Shown here in pieces: positions 1-13,001 of a stretch of DNA of 64,000 nt; position 1 is the first letter of the stretch, and each line of letters starts with the position of its first letter. The notes under the pieces were generated by a model. That model did not search any database and was not told the origin of the DNA. It was given only the letters and a program-made list of their open reading frames with translations. Where the stretch lies: positions 192,001 to 256,000 of the forward strand of contig CAVSAC010000014.1 of the NCBI GenBank assembly GCA_963725865.1. The letters are read 5' to 3'. The translations under genes and the position numbers were made by a program. This DNA comes from Candidatus Eiseniibacteriota bacterium. Its GTDB lineage: Bacteria > Eisenbacteria > RBG-16-71-46.

Positions 1-1
1 C

Positions 2-1012
2 TTCTCGCTCGCCGCCGTGCCGTCGGGCGCGGCCGCCGAGCGGTTCACCATCGCGGGCGATCACGTGATCGTGTACGACCTCGCGGGCGCCATCGAGGTG
101 CTGCCGGGCAGCGGCCCTGACGTGGTGGTCGACGTGATGCGCGGAGGTCGCGCGGGCGGCACCCTCAAGGTGGCGACCGGCGCGATCGAGGGTCGCCCCA
201 CGCTGCGGGTGCTGTTCCCGATGAACCGCATCCTCTATCCGGCCGGACGCAGCAACACGAACGGGATCGCGGTGCGCCCGGACGGCACGTTCGGCGGGAA
301 GATCCCGGGCCTGTTCCCGCGCCGCGTGAGCGTGTCCAGCCGCGGCTTCGGCGACGAGGCGTGGGCCGACCTGCGCATCCTGGTGCCGGCCGGCCGCACG
401 CTCGAGGTGCGCGTGGGCGTGGGCGCGATGAACGCGCGCGGCGTCGAGGGCACGCTGACGCTCGACTCGCACGCGGGACCGGTGCTGGTCGACGGGCTGC
501 GCGGCGACCTGAGCGTCGACACCGGCTCGGGCGCGGTCGCGGTCAAGGGCATCGAAGGCGACCTGCTGGTCGACACCGGCAGCGGCAGCGTGACGCTCGA
601 CGCCGTCCACGGTCGCAAGGTCTCGATCGACACCGGCTCCGGCGAGGTCTCGGGGCGCGACGTGCGCGCCGAGAACCTGCTCGTCGACACCGGCTCGGGC
701 CGGGTGGCGATCGAGCAGGTGCGCGCGCCGCGCGTCAAGATCGACACCGGCAGCGGCGGCGTCACGCTCGGCCTGCTCGAGGACGTGGACGACGTGCTGG
801 TGGACACCGGCTCGGGCGGCGTGACGCTGCGCGTACCGGGCACGCTGGGCGCGGCGCTCGACATCGACACCGGCAGCGGCGGGATCGAGTCCGAGGTCCC
901 GATCACCATGCTGCGGCGCGAGAGCGGCGAGCTGCACGGACAGCTCGGCGACGGCCGCGGTCACATCCTGATCGACACGGGCTCGGGCGGCGTGCGGCTC
1001 GTGAAGATCTGA
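2..1012 (+). CDS. DUF4097-like beta-strand repeat (adhesin-type) protein, 5'-partial
   Basis: Eight 'xxDTGSGxx' repeats. The frame is open to the window edge (FSLAAVPSGAAAE looks like the end of a signal peptide). Confidence 0.8.
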   Translation, partial: FSLAAVPSGAAAERFTIAGDHVIVYDLAGAIEVLPGSGPDVVVDVMRGGRAGGTLKVATGAIEGRPTLRVLFPMNRILYPAGRSNTNGIAVRPDGTFGGKIPGLFPRRVSVSSRGFGDEAWADLRILVPAGRTLEVRVGVGAMNARGVEGTLTLDSHAGPVLVDGLRGDLSVDTGSGAVAVKGIEGDLLVDTGSGSVTLDAVHGRKVSIDTGSGEVSGRDVRAENLLVDTGSGRVAIEQVRAPRVKIDTGSGGVTLGLLEDVDDVLVDTGSGGVTLRVPGTLGAALDIDTGSGGIESEVPITMLRRESGELHGQLGDGRGHILIDTGSGGVRLVKI

Positions 1013-1073
1013 CATCGTCCGTTCCGCCGCAGCGCGTCGCGTCCTGACCGGGCGAGCGGCGAGGCTGCGCGAG

Positions 1074-1110
1074 GCACCGCCCCGGGCTGTCTCCGGGGCG
1101 GTGCTGTTTT
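1074..1110 (+). terminator. Rho-independent terminator
   Basis: GCACCGCCCCGG-7 nt loop-CCGGGGCGGTGC followed by TGTTTT, between convergent genes. Confidence 0.8.
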
Positions 1111-1122
1111 CGTGCGGGGCGT

Positions 1123-1926
1123 TCAGCGCGGGCGCGAGCCGTCGGGGTAGGTCGCGGCGTTGAGCGACCAGTCGTAGTCGAGGTACTCGACGCGGTAGGC
1201 GGTCACGTCACGGCCCAGGTAGCGGCTGACGGTCCGCAGCACTCCCGCGCGTCCACCGAAGTCCGCCGCGTACCAGTCGAAGATGCGCGAGAGGCGCAGC
1301 GTGCGGTGGGCGTCGTCGATGCGATTGCGGGTGCTGTCGCTCACGAATGCGCGCATCGCGTCGTCGAGAGCTCGGTCGAGGTCCGGCTGCCTCGCCCACG
1401 CCCTCGCGCCCAGCGGCGGGCACGAGCGCGCGGCGCAATTGAACGCCACGTGCGCGCGCGGATCGCGGAACACCGCGAGCGTGCGCTGCTTCTCCAGGAC
1501 GTCGAGCGAGATGTCGCCCGCGCGCGCTGGGCACCCGCCGCTCCCGGAAGACCGCGAAGCCATCCGCCGCCGGGGTCCAGCCGGGCTTCCAGTATTCCAG
1601 CACGGCGACGATCATCACCAGATTGTAGAGATCGATCTGCATGGCCATGCGGCGCTGCGGCGGCACTCCGGTGGTGTCGACGTTCGCGAGGCGCCGGCAT
1701 TCCTCGCTGAGCGCCTGCCGGCGCGATGCCGCCACGTCGTAGCGGACGCGGTCTCCAACGACCACGCCGTCCAGGAGGTCGAGGGGTTCGATCTCGTGCA
1801 GCTTCTCGCGCGGCATTCCCGTGTTCCGGACCTTCGAGGGTTCCGGCGCTCCGATCGCATGCCCGGAAGCCACCATCGTCAGCACGGCGAACCCGATCGC
1901 CGTCGCCACCCGGGACATCGGAGGAC

Positions 1927-1930
<4 letters not shown>
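1123..1930 (-). CDS. DUF547 domain protein (frameshift at ~1517-1519)
   Basis: N-terminal half (signal peptide, 'IDLYN') and C-terminal half ('DPRAHVAFNCAARSCPPL', 'LSRIFDWYAADF', 'YDWSLN') are in different frames. Removing one base joins them. ATG overlaps the upstream stop codon. Confidence 0.75.
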
Positions 1931-4656
<2,726 letters not shown>

Positions 4657-4660
<4 letters not shown>

Positions 4661-5775
4661 GCGGCGATCCTCACCACGGTCTTGATGCCGTCCGCGGCGG
4701 TGGTGAGCGCGGCGGGCGCCTGCTCGAGCGGGATGCGCGCGGTGACGAGCGCGCGCACCGCGTCGGGCCAGCGCGTGACGAACGTCGCGAGGTCGCGCAC
4801 CGCGGCCTCGTAGGCGTCGCGGCCCGCGTTCACGGTGCCGAGCACGATCTGGTTCTTGAGCACCAGGTCCCGCATCAGGCGGTCGGCGTCCAGCGACACG
4901 GGGCCGCGGCGGCCGGGCACTCCCGTCAGCACGAAGATCCCGTTCACGCCCAGCGCCGACATCGCGTCGAACGCCAGCGACGAGGCGCCGGTCGCCTCGT
5001 AGATCACGTCGAGGCTGCCGCACGCCGCGGGCAGGTCCGCGACCGGCACCTGCTCGGCCGCGATCGCGCGCGCGCCGATCCCCTCCACGATCGCCCGACG
5101 GCCGGCGGTATCGAAGCCGCGCGACCACACGTGGGTCTCGAAGCCGGCGGCGCGCAGCGCGAGCGCCCCGAGCAGCCCGACCGGGCCGGCGCCCAGCACC
5201 AGCGCGCGATGCAGCGCGCCGCCGTCGCGCGGGCCGCCGTGGCGCAGTGTCCACGGCATGCGGTCCTGCACGTTCCACACCTGGAGCAGGGCCTTCTCGG
5301 CGATCGTGAGCGGCTCGATCAGCACCCCGCACTCGCGCAGCGTCGCCGGCACCGGCACCATCCAGCGCGCCTCGTCGACCACCTGCTCCGTCATGAAGCC
5401 GTGCGCGCCGCGGATGCCGCGCTCGCTGAAGCCGCCGGTGACGCAGAAGTCCTGGCGACCCGCGCGGCACGCGGGGCAGTCGGGGCTCGCGCACGGCCGC
5501 CGCACCATCGGCACCACGAGGTCGCCCGGCCGCAGGTACTCGACCGCGGCACCCACCTCGGTCACCTCGCCGAGCGACTCGTGCCCCAGCACCAGGTAGC
5601 GCTCGCCGGCGGGCGGGGTGCCGTACTGAAACGAGCAGATCTCGCGGTCGGTGCCGCACACCCCCACCTCGAGCATGCGCAGCCGCACCTCGTCCGCGCC
5701 GGTGCGCGCGGGCGCCGGATGGTCGAGCAGACGAACGGCGCGCTCGTCCGGGAACACCGCCACGGCTCGCATCAC
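4657..5775 (-). CDS. Zn-dependent glucose 1-dehydrogenase (MDR family, archaeal-type)
   Basis: 'GVCGTDREI', 'LGHESLG', 'VRRPC', 'ERGI', 'GAGPVG', 'GTVNA' motifs. Confidence 0.85.
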
Positions 5776-5799
5776 GTCCCTCCCGCGCGCGTCGCGCGC

Positions 5800-7425
5800 T
5801 CAGCGCCCCCACGCCGCGCGCACTTCGCGCGCGAACGCCTCGAGGTCGTCGAAGCGGCCCTGCCACGTCGTGTACATCACGCCCTCGATGCCGGGCACCC
5901 CGCGCGCGGCCCGGCACCAGGCCCGCACCTGCGCGGGACGCCCGTCGTAGTAGCCGGCGATCACCTGATGGTGGCCGCGCCGCGCGAAGAACCGCAGCGA
6001 CTCCGCGGCGCGCGCCGCGTTCCAGTTCACGATCGTCACCGCGGAGTCGAGCCCCTCCCAGGAGCCCGCCAGGTCGCCGGCGACCAGATGGTAGTCCCGT
6101 ACCGCGTTCTGGTGCGGATCGAACATGTCGCCCCACACGTACACGCGCGAGCCGGCCAGCAGGCGCACGCACTCGCGCGCGTGCGCGGCGAGGACGGCGC
6201 CCGGCGACGCGCCGCGCGCGCGGCAGGCGGGATCCCAGCCCAGCACCCGGATCTCGTCGTGCATCATCATGTACGCGGGTGTTCCCCACAACGCCCGCAT
6301 GCGCTCCGCCTCGTCGCGCAACAGAGCGAGCGTGGCGGGCTCCGACGGGCAGATCGTCACCTGCGAGCCGAACAGCACCGGCACGAACCACCACGACGCG
6401 GTGAGCCGCGTGCCGTCGGGGCGCGCGACTCGGATCGCGGGCGGCTCGTGCCACGCCTCGTACTGCCCCTGCCACGGCGTGCGGCCGAGCAGCGTGTCGC
6501 GCACCGGCGCGAAGTCACGGCCCTCTTCGAGCTCGGCGATCGCGAGCGCCGCGCCCGGGCGGTGCACCACGTCCACCGGCCCCGCCTCCTCGAGGCGCCA
6601 GTTCCGCCACAGCAGCGTGCCGCTCGCGGCCTTCCAGTCGCCGAGCCAGATCGTGAGGCGGCGGTGGTCGAGCGAGCCCAGCACCAGGTCGACGCGCGTC
6701 CAGTCCTGCGTCGGCGCCAGGCGCAGCGAGCGGGTGAACGTGAGCGCCCGCCGGTCCCCCAGCACCGTGACCATCGGCGCGCCGTCGTAGTCGATCGTCT
6801 TCACCTCGACGCTCACGTGGTAGCAGCGGAACGGCGCCACCTCCGCGTGGAACGCGAAGCGCGCGCGCCCCGCGTGCGGGCGGACGCGCACGACGTCGCC
6901 GTCCACGACGACCTCGCGATCGGTGAAGTCGGGCCGGCGCGCGAGCCGGACCGGCGGATCGGCGACCACGCGCGCCACCCCTCCGCGCACCTCGAGCGTG
7001 GCGCCGCGGACCGGCAGCGCCTCGGCCAGCTCGGGGTCGTGGGCGAGCAGCGTGCTCGAGCGTCCGATCGGGAACAGCGCCGGCACCAGCGCGAGGCCCA
7101 GCGAGTCCGCGGCGCGCTTCACGCGCGCGACGTTTGCGAGGTAGTGGGTATCGGCCTCGGCCAGCCGCTCGAAGCGCGGGTCGGTGAGGATCACGTGCGA
7201 GTAGCCCGCGGCCGCCGCGCGCGCCCACAGCGCCTCGAGGCGCGCGACCTCGTCGTCCTTGGCGAGCTGGGTGCCGCAGTAGAGCCACAGCGCCGGCGGC
7301 GCGGTGGGCTCGCGCGGCGCGCAGCCGACGGCGGCCAGCAGCGCCGCGCAGGCGAGCGCGGCGAGCGCCACGCGCGGCAGGTTGCTCGGCAGGCGCACGG
7401 GGACCTCCGATGCGGCCGCGGTCAC
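5800..7425 (-). CDS. Putative lipoprotein, glycoside-hydrolase-like TIM barrel with inserted beta-sandwich
   Basis: GTG overlaps the aspS stop. Lipobox LLAAVGC; 'MMMHDEIR', 'VWGDMFDP', 'MYTTW' motifs. Confidence 0.6.
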   Translation of the reverse strand: MTAAASEVPVRLPSNLPRVALAALACAALLAAVGCAPREPTAPPALWLYCGTQLAKDDEVARLEALWARAAAAGYSHVILTDPRFERLAEADTHYLANVARVKRAADSLGLALVPALFPIGRSSTLLAHDPELAEALPVRGATLEVRGGVARVVADPPVRLARRPDFTDREVVVDGDVVRVRPHAGRARFAFHAEVAPFRCYHVSVEVKTIDYDGAPMVTVLGDRRALTFTRSLRLAPTQDWTRVDLVLGSLDHRRLTIWLGDWKAASGTLLWRNWRLEEAGPVDVVHRPGAALAIAELEEGRDFAPVRDTLLGRTPWQGQYEAWHEPPAIRVARPDGTRLTASWWFVPVLFGSQVTICPSEPATLALLRDEAERMRALWGTPAYMMMHDEIRVLGWDPACRARGASPGAVLAAHARECVRLLAGSRVYVWGDMFDPHQNAVRDYHLVAGDLAGSWEGLDSAVTIVNWNAARAAESLRFFARRGHHQVIAGYYDGRPAQVRAWCRAARGVPGIEGVMYTTWQGRFDDLEAFAREVRAAWGR

Positions 7426-9227
7426 TGGTCCAGCCGCAGCCCCAGCTCCTTCATGGTCATCGCGTCGACCTCGCTCGGGCAGCCATCCATCAGGCTGGTG
7501 GCGCTCGCGGTCTTGGGGAACGCGATCGTGTCGCGGATGTTGTCGCGGCCGGCCAGCAACATCACGATGCGGTCGAAGCCGAGCCCGATGCCACCGTGCG
7601 GCGGCGAGGCGTAGCGATACGCCTCGAGCAGGAATCCGAACTTGGCCTGCGCCTCGGCGTCGGTGAGCCCGATGCGGCGGAACACCCGCTGCTGGATGTC
7701 GGGCCGATGGATGCGGATCGCTCCCGATCCCAGCTCGTTGCCGTTCAGCACGACGTCGTAGAGCTGCGCGTGCACCTCGGCCGGCCGCTCCTCGATCCAC
7801 GCCTCGTGCTCGGGGCGCGGCATCGCGAACGGGTTGTGGCGCGGCGCCCAGCCGTTGCGGTCGGCGTCCCACTCGAACAGCGGGAAGTCGCGCACCCACA
7901 GGAAGCGCCACTCGCGCGGGCGGCCCTCCAGCAGCGGCTGACCGAGCTGCGTGCGCAGCACGCCGAGCGCCTTGAGCGTGGGCTCCCACGCGCCCGACGT
8001 GAACACCACCGCGTCGCCCTCCTGCGCGCCGCAAGCGGCGAAGAACTCGTCGAGCAAGGCGCCCGGGAACACCGCCTCCTGTTTCGCGCGCTCGGCCACG
8101 AGCACCTTGAAGAACGAGAGTCCGGCGCCGCCGGCGGCCTTCACCACGTCCTCGTACTTGCGCAGCTGGGTGCCCGAGATCTCCGCGCCGCCGGGGAGCC
8201 GCATCGCCACGCCGGTGCCGCCCGCGACCTTCGCGCCGTTCGCGACCACGTTGCGCGGCGAGCGCGCCATGATCCCGGTCACGTCGGCGAACTCGAGGCC
8301 GAAGCGCAGGTCGGGCTTGTCGCTGCCGTAGCGGCCCATCGCCTCGCGGAACGTCAGGCGCGGGAACGGGCGCGGGAGGTCGACCCCGAGCACCTCCTTC
8401 CACACCGCGCACAGCAGGCCCTCGACCGCGTCCTGGATCTGCGCCTCGTCGACGAAGCTCATCTCGAGGTCGATCTGAGTGTGCTCGGGCTGGCGGTCGG
8501 CGCGCAGGTCCTCGTCGCGCAGGCAGCGCGCGAGCTGGAAGTAGCGGTCGAAGCCCGCGATCATCAGCGTCTGCTTGTAGAGCTGCGGGGACTGCGGCAG
8601 CGCGTAGAACTCCCCGGGGTGGACGCGGCTCGGCACCACGTAGTCGCGCGCGCCCTCGGGCGTGGGCTTGACCAGGATCGGGGTCTCGACCTCGAGGAAG
8701 CCCGCGTCCGAGAGGAACTCGCGCGCGGCGCGCGCCGCGCGGTGGCGCAGCGCCATCACCTGCGCCAGCTCCGGGCGCCGCAGGTCGAGGTAGCGATACT
8801 TCAGCCGCAGGTCCTCGCCCGCCAGGTGCGTGTCGTCGTTGACCTGGAACGGCAGCGCCGCCGCCGCCGCGAGCACCTTGAGCGCGCGCACGTCCAGCTC
8901 CACCGCACCGGTCGGCATCTCCGGATTGAGCGCGTCGCTGGGACGCCCGACCACCGGCCCGCGCACCGCGATCACCCACTCGTGGCCGAGCTGCGCGGCG
9001 CGCGCCGTCACCTCGGCGCCGGCGTGGTCGGGGCGGAACACCACCTGCATGAGCCCGTGGCGGTCGCGCAGGTCGATGAACAGCACGCCGCCGTGGTCGC
9101 GCATGCGGTGCACCCAGCCCATCAACGTGACCTCGCGCCCGGCGTGCGCGGCGCGCAGCTCGCCGCAGGTGTGCGTGCGCCGCCAGTCCCCGAGCCCTTC
9201 GAGCTTCAGCGTCGTGTCCGTGCTCAC
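7422..9227 (-). CDS. aspS: Aspartate--tRNA ligase
   Basis: 'RTHTCGELR', 'RDHGGVLFIDLRD', 'YALPQSPQLYKQ', 'RDEDLRADRQPE', 'PPHGGIGLGFDR'. Confidence 0.97.
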   Translation of the reverse strand: MSTDTTLKLEGLGDWRRTHTCGELRAAHAGREVTLMGWVHRMRDHGGVLFIDLRDRHGLMQVVFRPDHAGAEVTARAAQLGHEWVIAVRGPVVGRPSDALNPEMPTGAVELDVRALKVLAAAAALPFQVNDDTHLAGEDLRLKYRYLDLRRPELAQVMALRHRAARAAREFLSDAGFLEVETPILVKPTPEGARDYVVPSRVHPGEFYALPQSPQLYKQTLMIAGFDRYFQLARCLRDEDLRADRQPEHTQIDLEMSFVDEAQIQDAVEGLLCAVWKEVLGVDLPRPFPRLTFREAMGRYGSDKPDLRFGLEFADVTGIMARSPRNVVANGAKVAGGTGVAMRLPGGAEISGTQLRKYEDVVKAAGGAGLSFFKVLVAERAKQEAVFPGALLDEFFAACGAQEGDAVVFTSGAWEPTLKALGVLRTQLGQPLLEGRPREWRFLWVRDFPLFEWDADRNGWAPRHNPFAMPRPEHEAWIEERPAEVHAQLYDVVLNGNELGSGAIRIHRPDIQQRVFRRIGLTDAEAQAKFGFLLEAYRYASPPHGGIGLGFDRIVMLLAGRDNIRDTIAFPKTASATSLMDGCPSEVDAMTMKELGLRLDQ

Positions 9228-10513
9228 CGGGTGCTCTCCTGTGCCGCGGCGAGCCGCGCGCTCAGCGCGGCCGCCAACCCCTCCGTCGCCATCGCCTCTT
9301 GCACGCCGGTGGCGAGGTCCTTCACCGTCACCTCGCCGCGCGCCCATTCCTCCTCGCCCAGGATGACCACCAGGGCCGCTCCGGCCTTGTCGGCCGCCTT
9401 GAACTGGGCGCCCATTCCGCGCGCCTCGAGGTCGCACTCGACCGCCAGCGTCCGGCGCAGGGTGCGCACGAGCGGCGCCGCCGCCGCGCGCGTTCCGTCC
9501 ATCGCGACGACGTACACGTCGGGCCGGCGCGGCGCGGGGCCGAGCCCGCGCTGCTCCAGCACCAGCAGCGCGCGGTCGAGCCCGATCGCGAATCCCACGC
9601 CCGGAGTCGCGGGACCGCCCAGCGCCTCGACCAGACCGTCGTAGCGCCCGCCGCCGCCGAGCGCGCTCTGCGCGCCGAGCGTGCGGTCGTGCACCTCGAA
9701 CGCGGTGCGCGTGTAGTAGTCGAGCCCGCGCACCAGGCCGTCGTCGATCTCGTAGGCGATGCCGAGCCCGTCGAGCCCCGCGAGCACCTGCTCCCAGTGC
9801 GCGCGGTCGGCGTCGTCGAGCGCGTCCAGCATGCGCGGCATCTCGCCGCGCTCGGCGAACAGCGCGCGGTCGCCCGCGTCCTTGGTGTCGAGCACGCGCA
9901 GCGGATTGGTGAGCAGGCGCTGCTGCGAGTCCGCGCTGAGGCGATCGCTCACCGGCGCCAGCCACGCGCGCAGCGCATCCCCGTACGCGCGCCGCGTGGC
10001 GGGCTGGCCGACGCTGTTGACCAGCACGGTCAGGTCGCGGAAGCCCCACGCCTCGTAGAGGTCGACGAACAGCGCGATGACTTCGATGTCGGCGCCCGGC
10101 GCTGCGATGCCGAGCAGCTCGGCGTTGATCTGCGAGAACTGGCGGTAGCGCCCCTTCTGCGGGCGCCCGTAGCGGAACACCGGACCGGCGCTCCACAGCC
10201 GGTGCACGCGCGCCCGCCCGCCGAGCCCGTGCTCGAGGTAGGCGCGCATCACGCCGGCGGTGAACTCCGGCCGCAGCGCGAGGTCGCGCTCGCCGAGGTC
10301 CTTGAAGCGGTACATCTCCTTCTGGACCACCTCGCTCGACTCGCCCGAGGTGCGCGCGAACAACTCGACGTCCTCGAACATCGGCGTGCGGATCTCGGCG
10401 AAGCCGTAGCGCTCGAGCACCGCGCGCGCGCGCGCCTCCGCCCACCCCCAGCGCTCGGTGTCGCCCGGGAGCAGGTCGCGAGTGCCGCGCGGAGCCTGGT
10501 GTCGCGGTGCCAT
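9224..10513 (-). CDS. hisS: Histidine--tRNA ligase
   Basis: 'PRGTRD', 'LRPEFTA', 'PQKGRYRQF', 'LVRGLDYY', 'GGGRYDGL'. Confidence 0.97.
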   Translation of the reverse strand: MAPRHQAPRGTRDLLPGDTERWGWAEARARAVLERYGFAEIRTPMFEDVELFARTSGESSEVVQKEMYRFKDLGERDLALRPEFTAGVMRAYLEHGLGGRARVHRLWSAGPVFRYGRPQKGRYRQFSQINAELLGIAAPGADIEVIALFVDLYEAWGFRDLTVLVNSVGQPATRRAYGDALRAWLAPVSDRLSADSQQRLLTNPLRVLDTKDAGDRALFAERGEMPRMLDALDDADRAHWEQVLAGLDGLGIAYEIDDGLVRGLDYYTRTAFEVHDRTLGAQSALGGGGRYDGLVEALGGPATPGVGFAIGLDRALLVLEQRGLGPAPRRPDVYVVAMDGTRAAAAPLVRTLRRTLAVECDLEARGMGAQFKAADKAGAALVVILGEEEWARGEVTVKDLATGVQEAMATEGLAAALSARLAAAQESTR

Positions 10514-10528
10514 CGGTCCGGATCCTCC

Positions 10529-10945
10529 TCAGTCGCGCCGGGTCAGCACGAACGCGGCCTGCGCGAGCGCCAGCCCGGCGAGGTCGGCCACCAGGTCGAG
10601 CACGCTGCTCTGACGGCCGGGCACCACGCGCTGGTGCAGTTCGTCCGCGAGCCCGACCAGTCCTCCCAGCCCCACCGCCATGAACGCCGCGAACAACGCG
10701 AACCGCACCCGCAGCGTCGCGTGCAACGCCCGCGCGAGCAGGAAGCCGAGCACGCCGTACTCGAGCACGTGCGCGACCTTGTCGGAGTTGGCGAAGTCGA
10801 GCGGCGGATGCAGGTTCGGCTGCGCCCCCACCACCAGGACCACGCTGGCGTACACCAGCACCGGCAGCCAGTACCACATGAAGAGTACGAAGCCCCGACG
10901 TGCCGGGGGACGCGCCACCCACTTCCTCCATCGTTGCGGGTCCAT
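10529..10945 (-). CDS. VanZ family membrane protein
   Basis: 'DKVAHVLEYGVLG', 'DELHQRVVPGRQSSVLDLVAD'. Confidence 0.85.
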   Translation of the reverse strand: MDPQRWRKWVARPPARRGFVLFMWYWLPVLVYASVVLVVGAQPNLHPPLDFANSDKVAHVLEYGVLGFLLARALHATLRVRFALFAAFMAVGLGGLVGLADELHQRVVPGRQSSVLDLVADLAGLALAQAAFVLTRRD

Positions 10946-11083
10946 CCGCCGTGCGTGCGCGAGCCGCGCACGACGCCGGTGCCTCGAATGAGCGCGGCAT
11001 CGTAGCATGCGTGCGCGCGAGGCGTCATGCCGCGGACGCCGCCCGCGACGCACCCGAGACGCGGCGCGGCGCGGGGTTGCCGC

Positions 11084-11113
11084 TTGACGCGCGCGTGGTC
11101 CGGAACGTAGATT
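11084..11113 (+). promoter_or_regulatory. Sigma70-like promoter of tRNA-Lys
   Basis: TTGACG-N18-TAGATT about 45 nt upstream of the tRNA. Confidence 0.5.
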
Positions 11114-11156
11114 CCCTGCCGCTCTTGTCCGCACCCCGGCGTGCGGCTCGCGGTGT

Positions 11157-11232
<76 letters not shown>

Positions 11233-11240
11233 ACCTACGG

Positions 11241-11272
11241 CGGGTGAACGGGGAATCTGGTCCCGTTTCACC
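11241..11272 (+). terminator. Hairpin after tRNA-Lys
   Basis: GGGTGAACGGGGA...TCCCGTTTCACCC imperfect stem. Confidence 0.45.
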
Positions 11273-11684
11273 CTCCGAGTGGCCGCGTGGCACCGCGCGA
11301 GTCGCTGAGCTCCCTCCCGACCAAGATCTCGCCGATCGTGCCTCAGCATGGGTCACGGCGATCGAGCCATGCCACCATCGCCCGCAGCATGGCATGCGGG
11401 CCGCCAGCCCCCCCCCGTGGATTCCGAGCGGGCATTTCATGATCCACGATCCCGATTGGCCATAGTTCTCCGAACGCCGGCCGCACGCGCTGGTCCAGCG
11501 GCCACCCACACCGCCCCGCCAGCGGCTCCGCAGCTCGGATGGAATGGAGCAGCGGTTTCCTACGCGGCCTTTCGCGCCTGACCGTCGCCACCTCGTGTGT
11601 CTCGACGAACCTGGGCGCAGAGCGCCGCATCCGATCTAGCTCCGACAACCAGTCGACGAATGCGCAGGCCGGCGAGGTCATCCA

Positions 11685-13001
11685 GTGAGAGTCGCCCGCA
11701 GTCACCGCATCGCCCGGCCGTCGATCCGCCGTCGGCTCCTCCGGCTGGCTCGCTCCCTCGGTCTTGCCTGCCTGACCGGCGGCGCGGTGGCAGGGCCGGC
11801 GGCGGCCCAGTGGACGCGCGTCGACGAGGTGCCGATCGCCAACATCTACAACGTGTGGACGACAGGAGACACGATCGCGGCCAGCTCCGACAGCACCGTG
11901 TTCGTGAGCTTCGATCGCGGTGTGACCTGGATCACGACCGCGAAGGTGGCCGCCGGCGTGATGTCGATCGAGGCGGTGAGGGTTCACAACGGCCGCTTGT
12001 ACGCCGGTACGCGTGGCCAGGGCGTGTTCGTGAGCAGCGATCGGGGCGCGACCTGGCAGAGCTTCAACCAGGGCCTCGTCGGCGGATTCGCCAACTCGCA
12101 GCTCGTCATCATGGACTTGCTGATTCGCGGAGACGATCTCTACGCCGCGACTGGAGGCGCGGGGCCCTGGACCCGCAACCTCGCGAGTGCGGGCGGGTGG
12201 TCGCACTACGGAAACGTGCTCGAGCCCGCCCAAGCCTCGAACATGGAGTCGATCGCCGGATCACCGACGAGGTTGCTGGCCTGCGCCGGCTTCAATGGCG
12301 ACGACTACCACCGGGACCTCGGAGATTCGGACTGGACGTTCGACTACCTCTTCGGCCATGTGGCCGCGGGGCTCGCGTCGCTCGCAGCGGTCTGGACGGG
12401 GAATTCCTGGCTCGTAGGGACCAATATCGGCGTGTTCCACAGCGCGCTCGGGCAATCGCCTTGGACATACACCGACTTCGGGCTCCATCCGACCCTCTTT
12501 GCTTCCTTCGCTCTTCACGGCGGAGTCGTGTACACGCACTTCGCCAGCGGGGAGGGCACCGGGATCGAATACAGCACCGACGACGGCACGAGCTGGAATG
12601 TGCTCGATGCGCTGCCCGCCACGTTCACCTACAACATCGCGACCATCGGCGACACGCTCTACGCCGGACGCGTGGATGGGCTGTGGCGCCGGCCCATCGA
12701 TCCCGCCCCCGTCTCCGTCCCCATCGCTGGTGCACCGGGAAGTCTGCACTTCGCGATCACGGGGCCGAATCCTATCCACGACGAGGCGCGGCTCCGATTC
12801 GAGCTGCCCGAGCCGGGACGGGTGCGCATCGATGTCTTCGACATCTCCGGCCGCCACCTGCCGGGAGGCGTCGACGAAACGCTCGCCGCGGGAGTGCACG
12901 AGATGCTCTGGCGAGCGGGGGACTTCCCGCCCGGGATCTACCTCGCTCGCCTCAGCGCCGGCGGCCGATCGGCGGCGGTGCGGCTCGTTAAGACGCGATG
13001 A
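11685..13001 (+). CDS. Secreted beta-propeller (BNR/Ycf48-like) protein with C-terminal FlgD-Ig/T9SS-like domain
   Basis: Signal peptide ending AAAQW; Asp-box repeats 'SFDRGVTW', 'SSDRGATW', 'STDDGTSW'; C-terminus 'GPNP...FDISGR...GIYLARL'. Confidence 0.75.
   Translation: MRVARSHRIARPSIRRRLLRLARSLGLACLTGGAVAGPAAAQWTRVDEVPIANIYNVWTTGDTIAASSDSTVFVSFDRGVTWITTAKVAAGVMSIEAVRVHNGRLYAGTRGQGVFVSSDRGATWQSFNQGLVGGFANSQLVIMDLLIRGDDLYAATGGAGPWTRNLASAGGWSHYGNVLEPAQASNMESIAGSPTRLLACAGFNGDDYHRDLGDSDWTFDYLFGHVAAGLASLAAVWTGNSWLVGTNIGVFHSALGQSPWTYTDFGLHPTLFASFALHGGVVYTHFASGEGTGIEYSTDDGTSWNVLDALPATFTYNIATIGDTLYAGRVDGLWRRPIDPAPVSVPIAGAPGSLHFAITGPNPIHDEARLRFELPEPGRVRIDVFDISGRHLPGGVDETLAAGVHEMLWRAGDFPPGIYLARLSAGGRSAAVRLVKTR
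12761..13001 (+). repeat. Duplicated C-terminal domain, copy 1
   Basis: Colinear, indel-free with 14234-14474 (offset 1473); roughly 85-90% nucleotide identity by eye. Confidence 0.9.

Noticed and set aside
500..1000. Recurring GACACCGGC(AGC/TCG)GGC units resembling a CRISPR or tandem array
   Set aside because: In-frame coding repeats (DTGSG) with synonymous variation; no cas genes.
11408..11416. Poly-C tract as a phase-variation site
   Set aside because: Not within a credible CDS or an identifiable promoter.
11233..11684. Integrase or small ORFs at the island's left end
   Set aside because: No tyrosine or serine recombinase motifs recognisable; the short ORFs have no credible features.
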